Shown one piece after another: positions 21,800 through 32,800 of a stretch of 64,000 nucleotides of DNA. Both the position numbers and the translations under genes were made by a program. How positions within the stretch are numbered: the stretch's first letter is position 1; every line of letters starts with the position of its first letter. The notes beneath the pieces are model-generated. The model did no database searches. It was given only the letters and a program-made list of their open reading frames with translations, and was not told the DNA's origin. The stretch comes from Bythopirellula sp. (GTDB lineage: Bacteria > Planctomycetota > Planctomycetia > Pirellulales > Lacipirellulaceae), in assembly GCA_965216565.1 (NCBI GenBank), contig OZ244170.1:896001-960000 (forward strand). Reading direction: 5' to 3'.

Positions 21800-22183
21800 C
21801 TACTTCAAATGTATCTCAGGGATAGAATCGGCGACAATCTCGATTTCTGGAAACTCTTCTTCGCTAGCAAGGATTTCAGAAAAACACTCTTGGTATTGCC
21901 CCAGAAAACTATCCAGATCGAGCCCTTCGTACTCTGGACGGTATTCTTCGAGATAGTTGCGACTTGTCAAATAAACTTTTTTGGCACCGCGAATATTGCC
22001 ATTGCCAAAATGGTGGAGCGCCACCGCCACTTGGATCAAACCCTGATAAAACTTGCGGCCCGGTCCGCGATACTCAGTCCACAGTTCTTCCCAGGTTTCG
22101 TGTGCTTCGAAAAAGTCGCAGACGTTGAAATACTGGATGCCGGCAAGATAGAGCGGATCGTATTGCGGGCTCTCATCGGACAT
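21800..22183 (-). CDS. DUF309 domain protein
   Basis: FN...FFEAHE.WEELW, QGLIQ.AVALHH. Confidence 0.9.
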   Translation of the reverse strand: MSDESPQYDPLYLAGIQYFNVCDFFEAHETWEELWTEYRGPGRKFYQGLIQVAVALHHFGNGNIRGAKKVYLTSRNYLEEYRPEYEGLDLDSFLGQYQECFSEILASEEEFPEIEIVADSIPEIHLK

Positions 22184-22370
22184 TGCGAATTATTTTCTCG
22201 GCGGGAATCAAAGTGGGTGGGTGGCAAAGTCGGGTGGGGGGGCAGTTGACCCTTCCGCAAATTATAGGCAAAAGCGCGAGATCGGACCACACTTGAAAAA
22301 CTCCTAGACTGTATGGTCTGTGAGACATCCGCCAACGGTTTTCTTCCGCTTAGCTAGGACTATTCTTTAT

Positions 22371-22617
22371 CTCTAGTACCACAGAGCAAAGTGAAACTGA
22401 AATGGGGACTGGCTCGTGATTGCGAAGTCTTACAATGAAATCGCTTACGCATAGACGCAATCGCGTGCCTGTCCCCATTTCGAGCGGGATCTACAGATGT
22501 TCCGTCGAAAAAAGGGACAGGCACGACGCCACTGCGAGAGCATTGGCTTCGATCCATTATCGCTCATCGAGCCAGTCCCTATTTTTCGACTCCTGGCACA
22601 GCGCTGCAGTACTAGAG
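22371..22617. repeat. Composite REP/MITE-like element (copy 1)
   Basis: aaatggggactggctcg..cgcgtgcctgtccccattt then aaaagggacaggcac..gagccagtccctattttt; outer ctctagtac/gtactagag inverted termini. Confidence 0.85.
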
Positions 22618-22725
22618 TGCGTATGGATAAACACTCCGAGGTACCTTGACACTTCGCACTTCGGCAGCAAAATGACGCACTGACACACCAACACGCGTGG
22701 ACAACAAGGGAGTAGACTTCTGAGC

Positions 22726-23397
22726 ATGGCCGCTTCACGCACAAAATCGAGCGCCGAAGTTTCTCCTGAACTCAAAAAAGTCGCCCGCAAAGTCGTTACA
22801 CGGCTCAAGGCCGACTACCCCGATGCGGAATGTGCGCTGAATCATCGCTCCGCTTTTCAATTGCTAATTGCCACGATCCTTTCCGCTCAATGCACCGACG
22901 AACGGGTCAATCTGGTCACTAAGGACCTGTTCCAAAAGTATCCGAAGCCGGCTGATTTTGCGGCTGCTCCCGTCAAGGACATCGAGAAGGCGGTGAAAAG
23001 TACTGGCTTTTTCCGCAACAAGGCCAAGAACATCAAGGCCTGCAGTACCGAGCTCATGGAGAAACACAACGGTCGTGTGCCCAAGGATCTCGACGCCCTG
23101 GTGCAACTGGCCGGGGTCGGTCGGAAGACGGCCAATGTGGTACTGGGAACGGCTTTTGGGATTCCGACTGGTGTGGTCGTCGATACCCATGTGGGACGGA
23201 TCAGTCGCCGGCTTGGGCTTACAGAGCAAAAAGATGCCGTGAAGGTAGAAAAGGATTTGATGGCACTCTTGCCTCAGAAGGAATGGATCGACTATTCGCA
23301 CCGAATGATCCATCACGGACGGCAAGTCTGTGCGTCGCGCAAGCCACTGTGCGATGAGTGTTCCATGAAAAAATTCTGCCCTCAGGTTGGGGTTTGA
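22726..23397 (+). CDS. nth: endonuclease III
   Basis: LIATILSAQCTD, GVGRKTANVV, VDTH, C-terminal C-x6-C-x2-C-x5-C. Confidence 0.97.
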   Translation: MAASRTKSSAEVSPELKKVARKVVTRLKADYPDAECALNHRSAFQLLIATILSAQCTDERVNLVTKDLFQKYPKPADFAAAPVKDIEKAVKSTGFFRNKAKNIKACSTELMEKHNGRVPKDLDALVQLAGVGRKTANVVLGTAFGIPTGVVVDTHVGRISRRLGLTEQKDAVKVEKDLMALLPQKEWIDYSHRMIHHGRQVCASRKPLCDECSMKKFCPQVGV

Positions 23398-23413
23398 GGT
23401 GGAGAGGAATAGT

Positions 23414-23567
23414 CAGGATGACTGGATTTGCTGGATGGCCCAGATGAGGGAAAAAAGAGTTGAAAACTCCGTAACTATTTCATCGTTTCCAAGTCAAATT
23501 TGCAGCGTGCTTTTGCGTCTATACGGAAATTGAATCCTGTTAATCCTGCCAATCCCGTAATCCTGTC
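23414..23567. repeat. Palindromic element, 'AATCCTG' family
   Basis: caggatgactggatt... / aatcctgttaatcctgccaatcccgtaatcctgtc; similar arm at ~44638-44672. Confidence 0.65.
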
Positions 23568-23618
23568 TAGTTTCAAACGAGCGCCGCGATCCATTAAGTA
23601 TTTGGGAGCCACAGTACT

Positions 23619-24194
23619 ATGATTCTTTCCGGCCGCGAAATCTTGCACCGCATGGGCGAGGACATTGAGATCGATCCGTTTCATGAATCGCATCTCAATC
23701 CTAATAGCTACAACCTGACACTGCACAACGAGTTGATGGTGTACGAAGAAGTGGTGCTCGACATGGCTAAGGCCAATCGGGTGCGACGGATTGAGATTCC
23801 CGAAGACGGCCTCGTCTTGAGCCCCAATCAACTCTATCTAGGTCGCACGGCGGAGCGGACAGTGACTCACAATCTGGTGCCGCAGATAGAGGGACGCTCG
23901 TCTGTAGGACGGCTGGGTCTGTTCGTTCATGTGACGGCGGGCTTTGGCGACGTCGGCTTTGCCGGCTTCTGGACGCTCGAGATTTTCGCAGTCCAGCCGG
24001 TGCGCATCTATCCCGGCACGTCGATCTGCCAGATTTTTTATCACGAAATCACCGGTGCCGTGGAAGAATACTCGTCGAAGTATCAGCACAACCACGACAT
24101 CCAACCGAGCTTGCTCTTCGAAGAGCTCGACCCCGAACACGAAAACGATCCGCAGCTCCCCCTAGACTTCGGCCTGGAACGCTCGCATAGCTAG
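23619..24194 (+). CDS. dcd: dCTP deaminase
   Basis: MILS, LNPNSYNL, EGRSSVGRLGL.VHVTAGFGD.GF.G, ICQI. Confidence 0.93.
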   Translation: MILSGREILHRMGEDIEIDPFHESHLNPNSYNLTLHNELMVYEEVVLDMAKANRVRRIEIPEDGLVLSPNQLYLGRTAERTVTHNLVPQIEGRSSVGRLGLFVHVTAGFGDVGFAGFWTLEIFAVQPVRIYPGTSICQIFYHEITGAVEEYSSKYQHNHDIQPSLLFEELDPEHENDPQLPLDFGLERSHS

Positions 24195-24338
24195 TGGATT
24201 TCGAATTGCGGATGTCAAATTCCGGGTGACTATACCTAGCCGCGATGCCACGGTTTACTCGCCGCGGCGAGCATCGCACGGTCTCCAGTGAGCCTCGGTG
24301 CCCAGAGCAAACATTGCGAATAACTCTCGAAAGAGATT

Positions 24339-25019
24339 ATGATGGCACTAAGAGGCAATACTCTAAGTGGCATCGCGATGAATTCTCTCACACTAGAACG
24401 TGGCTACGCTGCCAAGTCTCTTGATTGGCTTTGGACCGGAGGAAGAGCGAATAGCTATGCTGCCCGAAGGTTTCTTGAAGCCCTGAAAAGCCTACCTGCC
24501 GAAGCTTCGCCGAAGAACCGACTCTTGCACTATCGCCACGACTTTCGGCGGTTGTTGGAAGACCGACCGATAGAAGTCTTTCGAGAGCACCTGTTCGCTG
24601 CCGACCCGCTTACGCGATCGGTCGCCGTCTGGCTGTTGAGCCGGTGCATAACGCGCTTTGCCTTGTGCGACATCGATCGCTGCTGTGACGACCCATCGCC
24701 GTCAGTCCGCAAACATGTCGCCAAAGCTTTGTATCGCCTGGAAGCATGCCAGCTACTGCGGGACATGGCGGACCGTTATCCTCAAGATGGTGCATTGCAA
24801 TGGTTTGCCCAGGCGAAACCCAATGATATCGATTTTCGCGATCGCCTCGAAAGGTTTTCGAAGCACTCCAGTCAATCACAAATCAAGATGGCCACGGACG
24901 TAGAACCGATGACGCTGTGGTCACGCGTTGAAGACTGGTTCTTGTCGCCCCCGAAAAGTCGCAGCTACATGAGAAGAGTGCTCAATCGCATCCGCCGAGC
25001 TGTTCGCGGAACTTATTAG
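24339..25019 (+). CDS. hypothetical protein with HEAT-like repeats
   Basis: DPLTRSVAVWLL and DPSPSVRKHVAKAL segments; start uncertain. Confidence 0.6.
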   Translation: MMALRGNTLSGIAMNSLTLERGYAAKSLDWLWTGGRANSYAARRFLEALKSLPAEASPKNRLLHYRHDFRRLLEDRPIEVFREHLFAADPLTRSVAVWLLSRCITRFALCDIDRCCDDPSPSVRKHVAKALYRLEACQLLRDMADRYPQDGALQWFAQAKPNDIDFRDRLERFSKHSSQSQIKMATDVEPMTLWSRVEDWFLSPPKSRSYMRRVLNRIRRAVRGTY

Positions 25020-25086
25020 ATCGAATGTAATCTTGTCGTGAATCTGTGAGCCGTAGGCGCAAGCCTCGGGCGTCTCACGGTAAGCT

Positions 25087-25282
25087 TGAAATGGGGACTG
25101 GCTCGCGATTGCCGAGTCAGGTCTTGGAATCGATCGAACTCAGCGGTAATCGCGTGCCTGTCCCCATTTCTGAGCGAGAGGCACCGTTGGCCCGTCAAAA
25201 AACAGGGACAGGCACAACGACACTGCGTGGCAGGGGGCTCGATCCGTGTTAGAGCGTCGAGCCAGTCCCTGTTTTTCGACTC
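25087..25282. repeat. Composite REP/MITE-like element (copy 2)
   Basis: Same four conserved arms, order and similar spacing as 22398-22592, with different spacers. Confidence 0.85.
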
Positions 25283-25426
25283 ACGACACTTCACTTTTGA
25301 GCTCTAGGAGGATTCACAATCAGGGTGTGAATGGAATGAGCCGTGGACGCCTCGATTTTCGGTTAGAGAATAACCCTGCTCGACCCTAGCGAGTTCGGCT
25401 CATTTGCTTCGCAGCCACTCTCCCGC

Positions 25427-26980
25427 CTACATCACCGCGAAGTAGTTCTCCGCAGCGTAGTCAAAGTACTCATTGCACATCTGCGGAGGCACGTCGAGGT
25501 AATGGCAGTAATTGCGAATTTGCAGCAGCAAGTCACGCGGCTGGCAACAACGGTACGGACGATCTACTGCCTTATAGTGCTTGTCGATGAGGTGCTCGAC
25601 GGCATCGCTTACATGCTCCATGCCGACGATCTTCGCCATGATCTCAAACAATTTGCGAAATTCTTCTTCCGAGGGATCGACAACTTCAATCTTGTAAGGA
25701 ATACGCCGTAGGAACGCGTCGTCGACCAGGTCTTTTGGTTCCAGGTTGGTTGAGAAGATGATCAACTGATCGAATGGCACTTGGATTTTCTTGCCGTTCA
25801 CGAGTCTCAGGAAGTCGTATCGCTTTTCTAAGGGAACAATCCAACGGTTCAGCAATTCGTCGGTCGTCATCCGTTGACGGCCAAAGTCGTCGATCACGAG
25901 CGTGCCGCAATTACTTTTCAGTTGCAGCGGGGCCTCGCTGACGTTGACGCCCGTTGAGGCAGTCACTTCCAAGGCGTCCATGGTCAATTCACCACCGACC
26001 ACAATCGTCGGACGCTTGACTCGCACCCAACGCTTGTCAATCGACTCTTCGTGCAGCGCCCCGTGCGACGATTCCAAGGGCACTTCTTCGTGAAGGCCCG
26101 GATCGAATACCCGCATGATTTCGCCATCGATGGCGATCGTTCGGGGGATCCATACGTTATCGCCGAATGCTTTCGTCACCCGCTCGGCGATACTCGTCTT
26201 CCCGTTACCAGGGGCACCAAACAGAAACAAACCTCGACCGGAGTTCATTGCCGGTCCGAGTCGTCGCAGCATGCGTTTGTTAATCAGCAAATCAGAGAAG
26301 GCCCGATTCAGGTCTTCTTCGGTCGGGTGGACCTTAGTAAGCGTTTGCTCGGCAACGCTGGTTACATAAGCGTCCAAAGGCACAGGGGCGGCGCCGAAAT
26401 AGCTGCAGTACTCGGTGAGCTTCTTGGCAGACTCGCGCCCCTTGTCGGTGAGTTGGTAAACGTAGTCATTCATTGGGGCCGAGCCACGATAAGCGACTAA
26501 CTGAGTTTGCTTCAGCCCTGCCAAAACCGGTTCTACCAATCGGAACGGCATCGAGTGTTGTGTGGCAAGGTCGCGTCCACTTAGATCGCCGATTGCTCCC
26601 AAGAACTTGAGAATTAGGTGTTCGAGCTGTCCTTCGGATACGCCAGCTTCTTTCAGGGACTCTGGTTCTTTCGGAATCCAGGGAGCGTCTTCAGCCTCGG
26701 CATTGCGATGCACCTTGGATCGGGCATGCAAAGCGGATACCACCGAGGCATCGGTCGAGACCACGCTTGGCTTGTGTTCGGCAACTTGCGGAGGGGCAGG
26801 GGGGCTGACTTCAGCAGGTGCAACGGGCTCCTCAATCGCGGGACTGGAGGATTGTTCCAGCGTTGCTGTTGCGGAATGCGAGTCGGCGTTTTGCTCGTTG
26901 TTGGCGAGGCGATTAATTCGGTTGAGTAGCGCCTCGAGTTCGCCGCTATTTTGCTCTGACGTGCCGTTGGATTCTGCCAT
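25427..26980 (-). CDS. AAA+ family ATPase of unknown function (N-terminal disordered region, putative winged HTH)
   Basis: Walker A GAPGNGKT, Walker B LVIDDFG, DAFLRR arginine-finger-like motif. Confidence 0.85.
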   Translation of the reverse strand: MAESNGTSEQNSGELEALLNRINRLANNEQNADSHSATATLEQSSSPAIEEPVAPAEVSPPAPPQVAEHKPSVVSTDASVVSALHARSKVHRNAEAEDAPWIPKEPESLKEAGVSEGQLEHLILKFLGAIGDLSGRDLATQHSMPFRLVEPVLAGLKQTQLVAYRGSAPMNDYVYQLTDKGRESAKKLTEYCSYFGAAPVPLDAYVTSVAEQTLTKVHPTEEDLNRAFSDLLINKRMLRRLGPAMNSGRGLFLFGAPGNGKTSIAERVTKAFGDNVWIPRTIAIDGEIMRVFDPGLHEEVPLESSHGALHEESIDKRWVRVKRPTIVVGGELTMDALEVTASTGVNVSEAPLQLKSNCGTLVIDDFGRQRMTTDELLNRWIVPLEKRYDFLRLVNGKKIQVPFDQLIIFSTNLEPKDLVDDAFLRRIPYKIEVVDPSEEEFRKLFEIMAKIVGMEHVSDAVEHLIDKHYKAVDRPYRCCQPRDLLLQIRNYCHYLDVPPQMCNEYFDYAAENYFAVM

Positions 26981-27401
26981 GATAGGATCTTGTTCGTGTT
27001 GGGGATATGACCGGAGCAAGTGTAGCCACGCGACACACGCGGATAGTGCGAGAGTTCTGCTTTGCAAACCTAGTTTCCGGATAGGGAAGCAGCAAATTTT
27101 TTCAGGACGGTCGTATGGATCGTGCGGGCTGTACTTGTGAAATAGCCGGAAAGGTAGCTATTTCAGTATTCTCAGGTGTCCCAATCGGTGGGCCAGGTCG
27201 TCCCCGACCCCGGACTCCCACGTAATGACGAGTCAACAATACACAAGAGTAATAGCCAAATTTGACAGATCTTGGCGAGGCTCGTCTCAGACTGGTACTG
27301 ACATCGGTTGACTCCTAGATTAGTCTGTTTGAGTTGCGGCATTTGTGACCAATTCGCGTCCCCATCCTCCGACAGCCCAGGCAATCGAGAGTTTAGACAT
27401 C

Positions 27402-28253
27402 ATGCAGTTTGTCATCACCGCCGTGGGTCCCGATAATCGTGGACTTGCGGATCCAATCGTCCATTGTGTTACTGAGATGGGGGCGAACATCGCCGAGATT
27501 CAGATGTTCGACCACGATCAGCAATCGGTCTTTTCGATGCTCACGCGAGTCTCCATGGAAGCAGCCGCTGAAGACGAGCTCAAACGCTCAATGAAAAAAG
27601 TTAGTGCGGAGACGGGGCTTTCAATTCGCACTTGGACTCCCAACATCGAAGGCCGACGCCCGCGGCTGGCTATTTGTGTGACCTATCGCAAGGAAACTCC
27701 CCGCGCCGTGTTGGAAGCTATCAGTTCTGGGACAATCAATGCTGAAGCCTCGTTGATGATCAGCAATCGCGAATCGTGCCGAGGACTTGCTGAGGAATTC
27801 GATCTGCCTTGGTTTAACATTGGCGATAGCAAAGGCAATGCGAACGACGAGCGAATGGTTGAGCTGTGCGACGAGCATGAAGTCGACTACATCATTCTCG
27901 CCCGCTATATGCGGATTTTGCCCCCGACGAGTGTCTGGGAATATGCCGGCGGGAGAATTATTAACCTGCACCACGGCTTGTTGCCAAGTTTTCCGGGAAT
28001 GCGTCCCTACCACGACGCGCATCAAGTAAGGATGCTAACCTACGGCGCAACATGCCACTTTATCGTGCCCGAACTTGATGCCGGCAATCAGATTATCAAT
28101 CAAGAAACTTTTAGCGTTCCTCCCGGGACTGGCATCGAAGAGATAGTCCGCCGCGGTCAAGCCGAGAACGAACCGCGCTGCCTCACCGAAGGCGTGCGGC
28201 GGGTCGTAGCCGGCGAAGTGCAACTCCACTTCAACAAAGTGGTTGCCATTTAG
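27402..28253 (+). CDS. purU: formyltetrahydrofolate deformylase (ACT + formyltransferase)
   Basis: GPDNRG ACT start; LARYMRIL, INLHH.LLPSF.G..PY, GATCH, LDAG. Confidence 0.85.
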   Translation: MQFVITAVGPDNRGLADPIVHCVTEMGANIAEIQMFDHDQQSVFSMLTRVSMEAAAEDELKRSMKKVSAETGLSIRTWTPNIEGRRPRLAICVTYRKETPRAVLEAISSGTINAEASLMISNRESCRGLAEEFDLPWFNIGDSKGNANDERMVELCDEHEVDYIILARYMRILPPTSVWEYAGGRIINLHHGLLPSFPGMRPYHDAHQVRMLTYGATCHFIVPELDAGNQIINQETFSVPPGTGIEEIVRRGQAENEPRCLTEGVRRVVAGEVQLHFNKVVAI

Positions 28254-28465
28254 CCACATCGAGTAATGGCGAGGTGTCGGTCACGCGGGTTATTGGTTCG
28301 CGATGTATCGATTCTGCATCCTGTGAGGCGGTTCGTGGCGTTTGGCTACGTTTTTCTTGACCTTTCTCAGGGTCGCGAATAACCTGGATTTATCGGAACA
28401 TCTTTATTCCGCCAGTGATAGGCGGCGAGTCTTCTTGGGACTTTTCTTTCGAGGCGAGTGATTTC

Positions 28466-29356
28466 ATGGCTATTCGTGTTGCCTTAACTTTGGCGTTGGG
28501 TTTGGTATTGGTTCCTTGCAGTTGGGCACAGACGGTGCGATTCGACACGAATGTCGGCAACATCGATCTAATTCTCAATCCCACGGCGAATCCAAATCTC
28601 AAGATCCACGTGGAAAACATACTCAACTACGTTGAGTCGGGCCGCTACGAGCAAGTGGTCATCAACCGGGCCGATAATGGAATCAATCCTAACGATCCCA
28701 GCGACGACTTTGTCATGCAGTTTGGTGGGTTTACCACAGATTCCCCGCTGTACACATCATTCAACGACTTCAATACAGTGCCATCTTTTGACCCAGTGAT
28801 TGTAGATGTCGATGGAGATGGGCAGGTTGACTTCAATACAGAGAACCTAAGTAACTTACGCGGAACGGTATCGCTAGCGCTAAGTAACAATCCGAACACG
28901 GGTACAACCAGCTTCTTTGCCAATCTTGGTGACAACGAATTCCTCAACGGAAGCGGTTTCGTCCCGTTCGCCCGCATTGCAGATATGTCGACCGTGGACT
29001 ACATCCTGAGTCTCAATCAGCAATCGGAGCAGGCGGCAGGGCTTGCTAGCTCGAATATTCCTGTCATGGGCGCCAACGACGACATGCTAGTTTACGTCCA
29101 GCGCGCATTTGTGCTCGATCCCAATCCGTTTGTCCCGGAACCAGAACCTTCCATGATGGAGCTAGCGACGCTACTGGCTGGCGACGATGACAATGGTGGT
29201 AGCGACCTGGGTGGTGGAATCTCAGAAGGCGGCATTGGTAGCGGTGGGGGGGGAGCGGCGACGATCGTTAGCATTCCCGAACCGCCAGCATTGGTGCTGG
29301 TCGTGGGTGCTTTCATGTTCTACGCCGTCCTAAAGGGGCCGCGGCGGAACTGGTAG
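28466..29356 (+). CDS. secreted cyclophilin-type peptidylprolyl isomerase-like protein with PEP-CTERM
   Basis: signal peptide; VRFDTNVGNID, FVMQFGG, SNLRGTVSLA; C-terminal IPEP + TM + basic residues. Confidence 0.85.
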   Translation: MAIRVALTLALGLVLVPCSWAQTVRFDTNVGNIDLILNPTANPNLKIHVENILNYVESGRYEQVVINRADNGINPNDPSDDFVMQFGGFTTDSPLYTSFNDFNTVPSFDPVIVDVDGDGQVDFNTENLSNLRGTVSLALSNNPNTGTTSFFANLGDNEFLNGSGFVPFARIADMSTVDYILSLNQQSEQAAGLASSNIPVMGANDDMLVYVQRAFVLDPNPFVPEPEPSMMELATLLAGDDDNGGSDLGGGISEGGIGSGGGGAATIVSIPEPPALVLVVGAFMFYAVLKGPRRNW

Positions 29357-29393
29357 CCCCCTCTAATAGCGTGGGGGAGACTGCAAGCTTACT

Positions 29394-29508
29394 TGTCATT
29401 TCGGGGTCTGCCGAGAAATCTAGTTTGCCCTGGAAATTCGCCCCGCGCAAGAGAAGTGCGATTGCTTCCTCTGGCGTAACGTAGATTCCTCGGCAGACTT
29501 CGGAATAC
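29394..29508. repeat. Palindromic element, 'GATTCCTCGGCAGAC' family
   Basis: tgtcatttcggggtctgccgagaaatct ... agattcctcggcagacttcggaat; same family at 42799-42858. Confidence 0.75.
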
Positions 29509-29858
29509 CTGCTATTGGCATTCCGAAAACCACGGGTCGAATTCTTAAGTCGAAAGATTCTCGAAATTTCTTATCTAAAATCAGGATTGCTCTTGTCCTG
29601 CTGCGGATGGGTTTCTAACATCCGCCCCGCCTCGCACTAGCGCGGCTACTCTTCTACCACCTTTTCAACTTATTTCGTCTCGATGATTCCAGTGTCGAAA
29701 GGTCCGGCAACGGGCTGCCGCATGGCGTTTGTCACTCGGATTGCGTTCTTCGGAACGTGTCCAGAGGGAGTGCGCGCACCGTTTGCGCTCGGAATCCGAC
29801 GAAACGATTGGTTGCAACACGGATTTAGTTCCTTTTGAGGCAACGGGAGACTCTCGGC

Positions 29859-32800
29859 ATGGACAAGCCGACATTTAGCTTCACGAATTCACTACTTCTA
29901 GTCGCCGCGCTGACGTTGGCATTGGGCCAGTCAGCCGATTGCTACGCGCAGTTAGGTGAGGGGAGCGTCATCGACGCGAATATCCCCACCAACTACTCTG
30001 GAGGTGGGAGCTTCTTCAATCGACAGCTGGGAACCGCCTTTCGGTTTGGTTACCAGACCGAAGGTTACGGTACCCAGGAAGGGATCGTAACGCTCGGCTC
30101 AATGAAGGTAGTCAACATGGAAGGTGCCACGTTCACCTTCGATGGGCAGGCCACGCTCAGCGACGAGTTTGGTGGGGGATACAATGCGGGCGTGTTCTAT
30201 CGTTCGCTAACAGATATTGGCTTTGGCAACGATTCGACCCGCATCAATGGCGTCGGCTTCTGGAGCGATGGCCAAAGCACGAGTGCTGACAACTTTTTCA
30301 GTCAGCTGGGCGTCACGCTCGAATCGTTAGGCGATTCGTACGATCTGCGGTTCCAAGGTAATTTTCCTTTGGACCGAATTAAAGATAGCGATACGCGACT
30401 GGTGGCGAATGCCGAGCCCCAGTTCCGCGATAACTTTTTGATGAGCGAGATTCTGCGATTCGAGCGAGATACCGCACTGACGGTACTCGATTTCGAGGGA
30501 GCAAAGCGCGTGATGGACCTAGAGGCTTGGGCCTTTCTGGGTGGTTACCATCTCACGGGAAGCGGCTACGATGCCACCGGTTATCGGGCCGGTGTGCGCG
30601 GATATGCCGTGCCCGACCTGGCGGTCTCCCTGCAAGTTACTGACGACGATATCTACCACACCAACGTGATGTTTGGCATCACTTGGTTTGTGGGACGAAC
30701 CAATACTACAAACGGACCTTGTGGGACGCTTCTCGATCGATTCCGCGAGCCTGTCCAGCGCAACGCCTATATTGCGACCGTGCAGCAGACGATCGACGAC
30801 GCCATCACTCCCTTCACGGATGTTGCCGACAACGAAGAGTTCTTCTTTGTGCATGTTGATAGCGACGCCGCAGACGGCGGAGACGGCACTTTCGAAAATC
30901 CCTTCAACGATCCGAACGACGTGAACAATGGTAGTTCCGAGGGCGATATCGTGCTGGTACATGCCGGTTCAGTCCTCGATGGCCGATTCGTTGCTCAAAA
31001 CGAGCAGCGTTTCTTGGGCGAAGGATTGGACCCCAACGGCATCCTGGTCGAACACCAGATCAACACCAACGAACGTGGACTTGTCACGTTGCCGGAAACC
31101 GAACCTGGGGCATTCACCTTGGATGCACCGATGATTACCGGGGTTCCCAGCGGCGGAGATCCGAACGATCCGAATGCGGCACTGGCTGTGTTTGAATTGG
31201 CTGACAACAACGAAGTGAACAACTTTACGATCAACGGCAATGCCGGTACTTCCGACGCGGCAGTCTACGCCAATGGCGTGCAATCGCCGCAATTGGCGAA
31301 CCTCGATATCAATGGGCCGTTCTTTAACGGTGTGGTCTTTACCGATGTCGCGGGCAATCCGTTGATCGAAAACTCAGTAACGATTGATGGCACGACGGAT
31401 CGTGGTATCTGGGTCAACGGTGGTGGCGGAATTGTGGGTGCCAATGCCATGGTCACCAACACCGAAGGCAGATCGGTCGTGGTTGAGAATCGCGATGCGG
31501 GTAGCGTGACCTTCGGCATTATCAACGATACGGGCGAGGGTATTCTGGCGCGTAACAATAGCGGTGGGACGATCACCTTCTCGAGTCGAGCCGAGGTGGA
31601 CGTCGACGGAACCGATCAAGCGGTGACGTTGAGCAACAACAACGGCGCTTCGATTACCTTCCAAGAGCTGCAAGCCATGAGTACCGACGGCACGACGTTC
31701 GCCGTCAACGGTGGTGGCACCATCAGCGTCAACAACTCGCAGGGCGACGACGGCAGCGACATCATCAACACGGGTACGGGCGATGCGCTTACCGTATTGG
31801 GTAACGACGTCGACCCCAACGCCAATCGCGGCAATCCCAACATCACTATCTTGGGTGATGTCACGAACAGCGGTGGCGGATTCGTCACGGATATTCAACA
31901 AATGGCGGGTGGATCGGTTGTGATCACTGGCGACGTGACTGACGACGATACCGCCGGCATGGGCATTCGCATTCGGGAAAACTCCGGCGGAGCGTTCTCC
32001 TTTGGCGGGGTGACCGACCTCGACACGGGCGATCAGCGCGCGGTCGAACTGGTCGACAATCAAGGTGCGTCCGTCACCTTTAGCAATCTGATGGCTACTT
32101 CAGATTCGACGACCGAAACTTTCCTCGTCGAAGGTGGCGGCACGATTACCGTGAACGACGATCCGAACAACGAAGGATTCATTAACAATACCGACACCGG
32201 CGATGCGGTGGTCATTTCTGGTGACAACGGCGCCGGCACGGGGAATCCTAATGTGACTATCGACGCAAATATCAATAACTCTGGCGGTGGTTTGGCGGTC
32301 AATGTGCAGGACATGACCGGCGGCTCGGTCGACATCAATGGTGATGTCAGCGATCCAAACGCCGATGGCATGGGTATTCTGGTCCAGGACAATGCGGACA
32401 CGACCGTTTCGTTTGATGGTCTCACTAATCTCGATACCGGCACAAGTAATGCGGTTACGCTGCGAGATAACGATAATACGTCGATCACCTTCAACAATCT
32501 CAAGGCCACTTCCGAATCTGGAGACGAGACCTTCCTGGTTGAGGGCGCTGGCAACATCACGGTCAGCAACGATCCGAACGATGAAGGCTTCATAAACAAC
32601 ACGGGCACCGGCTCGGCGGTTATCATCTCTGGAGATGGCGGCGCAGGAACCGGCAATCCCAATGTGCAGATTGATGTGGATATCAACAATTCCGGCGGCG
32701 GTCTAGCGGTCGACATTCAAGATATGACGGGCGGTTCCGTAGACATCAATGGCGACGTAACCGACAACGATACCAACGGCATGGGCATCCTGGTCGAAGA

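Noticed and set aside
22398..25282. Repeat-spacer layout as a possible CRISPR array
   Set aside because: The arms are inverted rather than direct, there are only two units per locus, and no cas genes are present.
22360..25307. Small ORFs sharing peptides such as 'ESKNRDWLD' (22557-22808, 25016-25294, 22420-22683, 25046-25252)
   Set aside because: The similarity comes from translating the palindromic repeat. The spacers are not conserved and one ORF overlaps nth, so they are not treated as genes.
27262..27293. TTGACA upstream of purU as a sigma70 promoter
   Set aside because: No acceptable -10 at 16-18 nt spacing; the nearest candidate is 20 nt away.
29640..29858. Long leader of the adhesin as a possible c-di-GMP riboswitch
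   Set aside because: I could not find the GEMM hallmarks (GGCAAA-hairpin-GCAAAGC) or a terminator; a covariance search would be needed.
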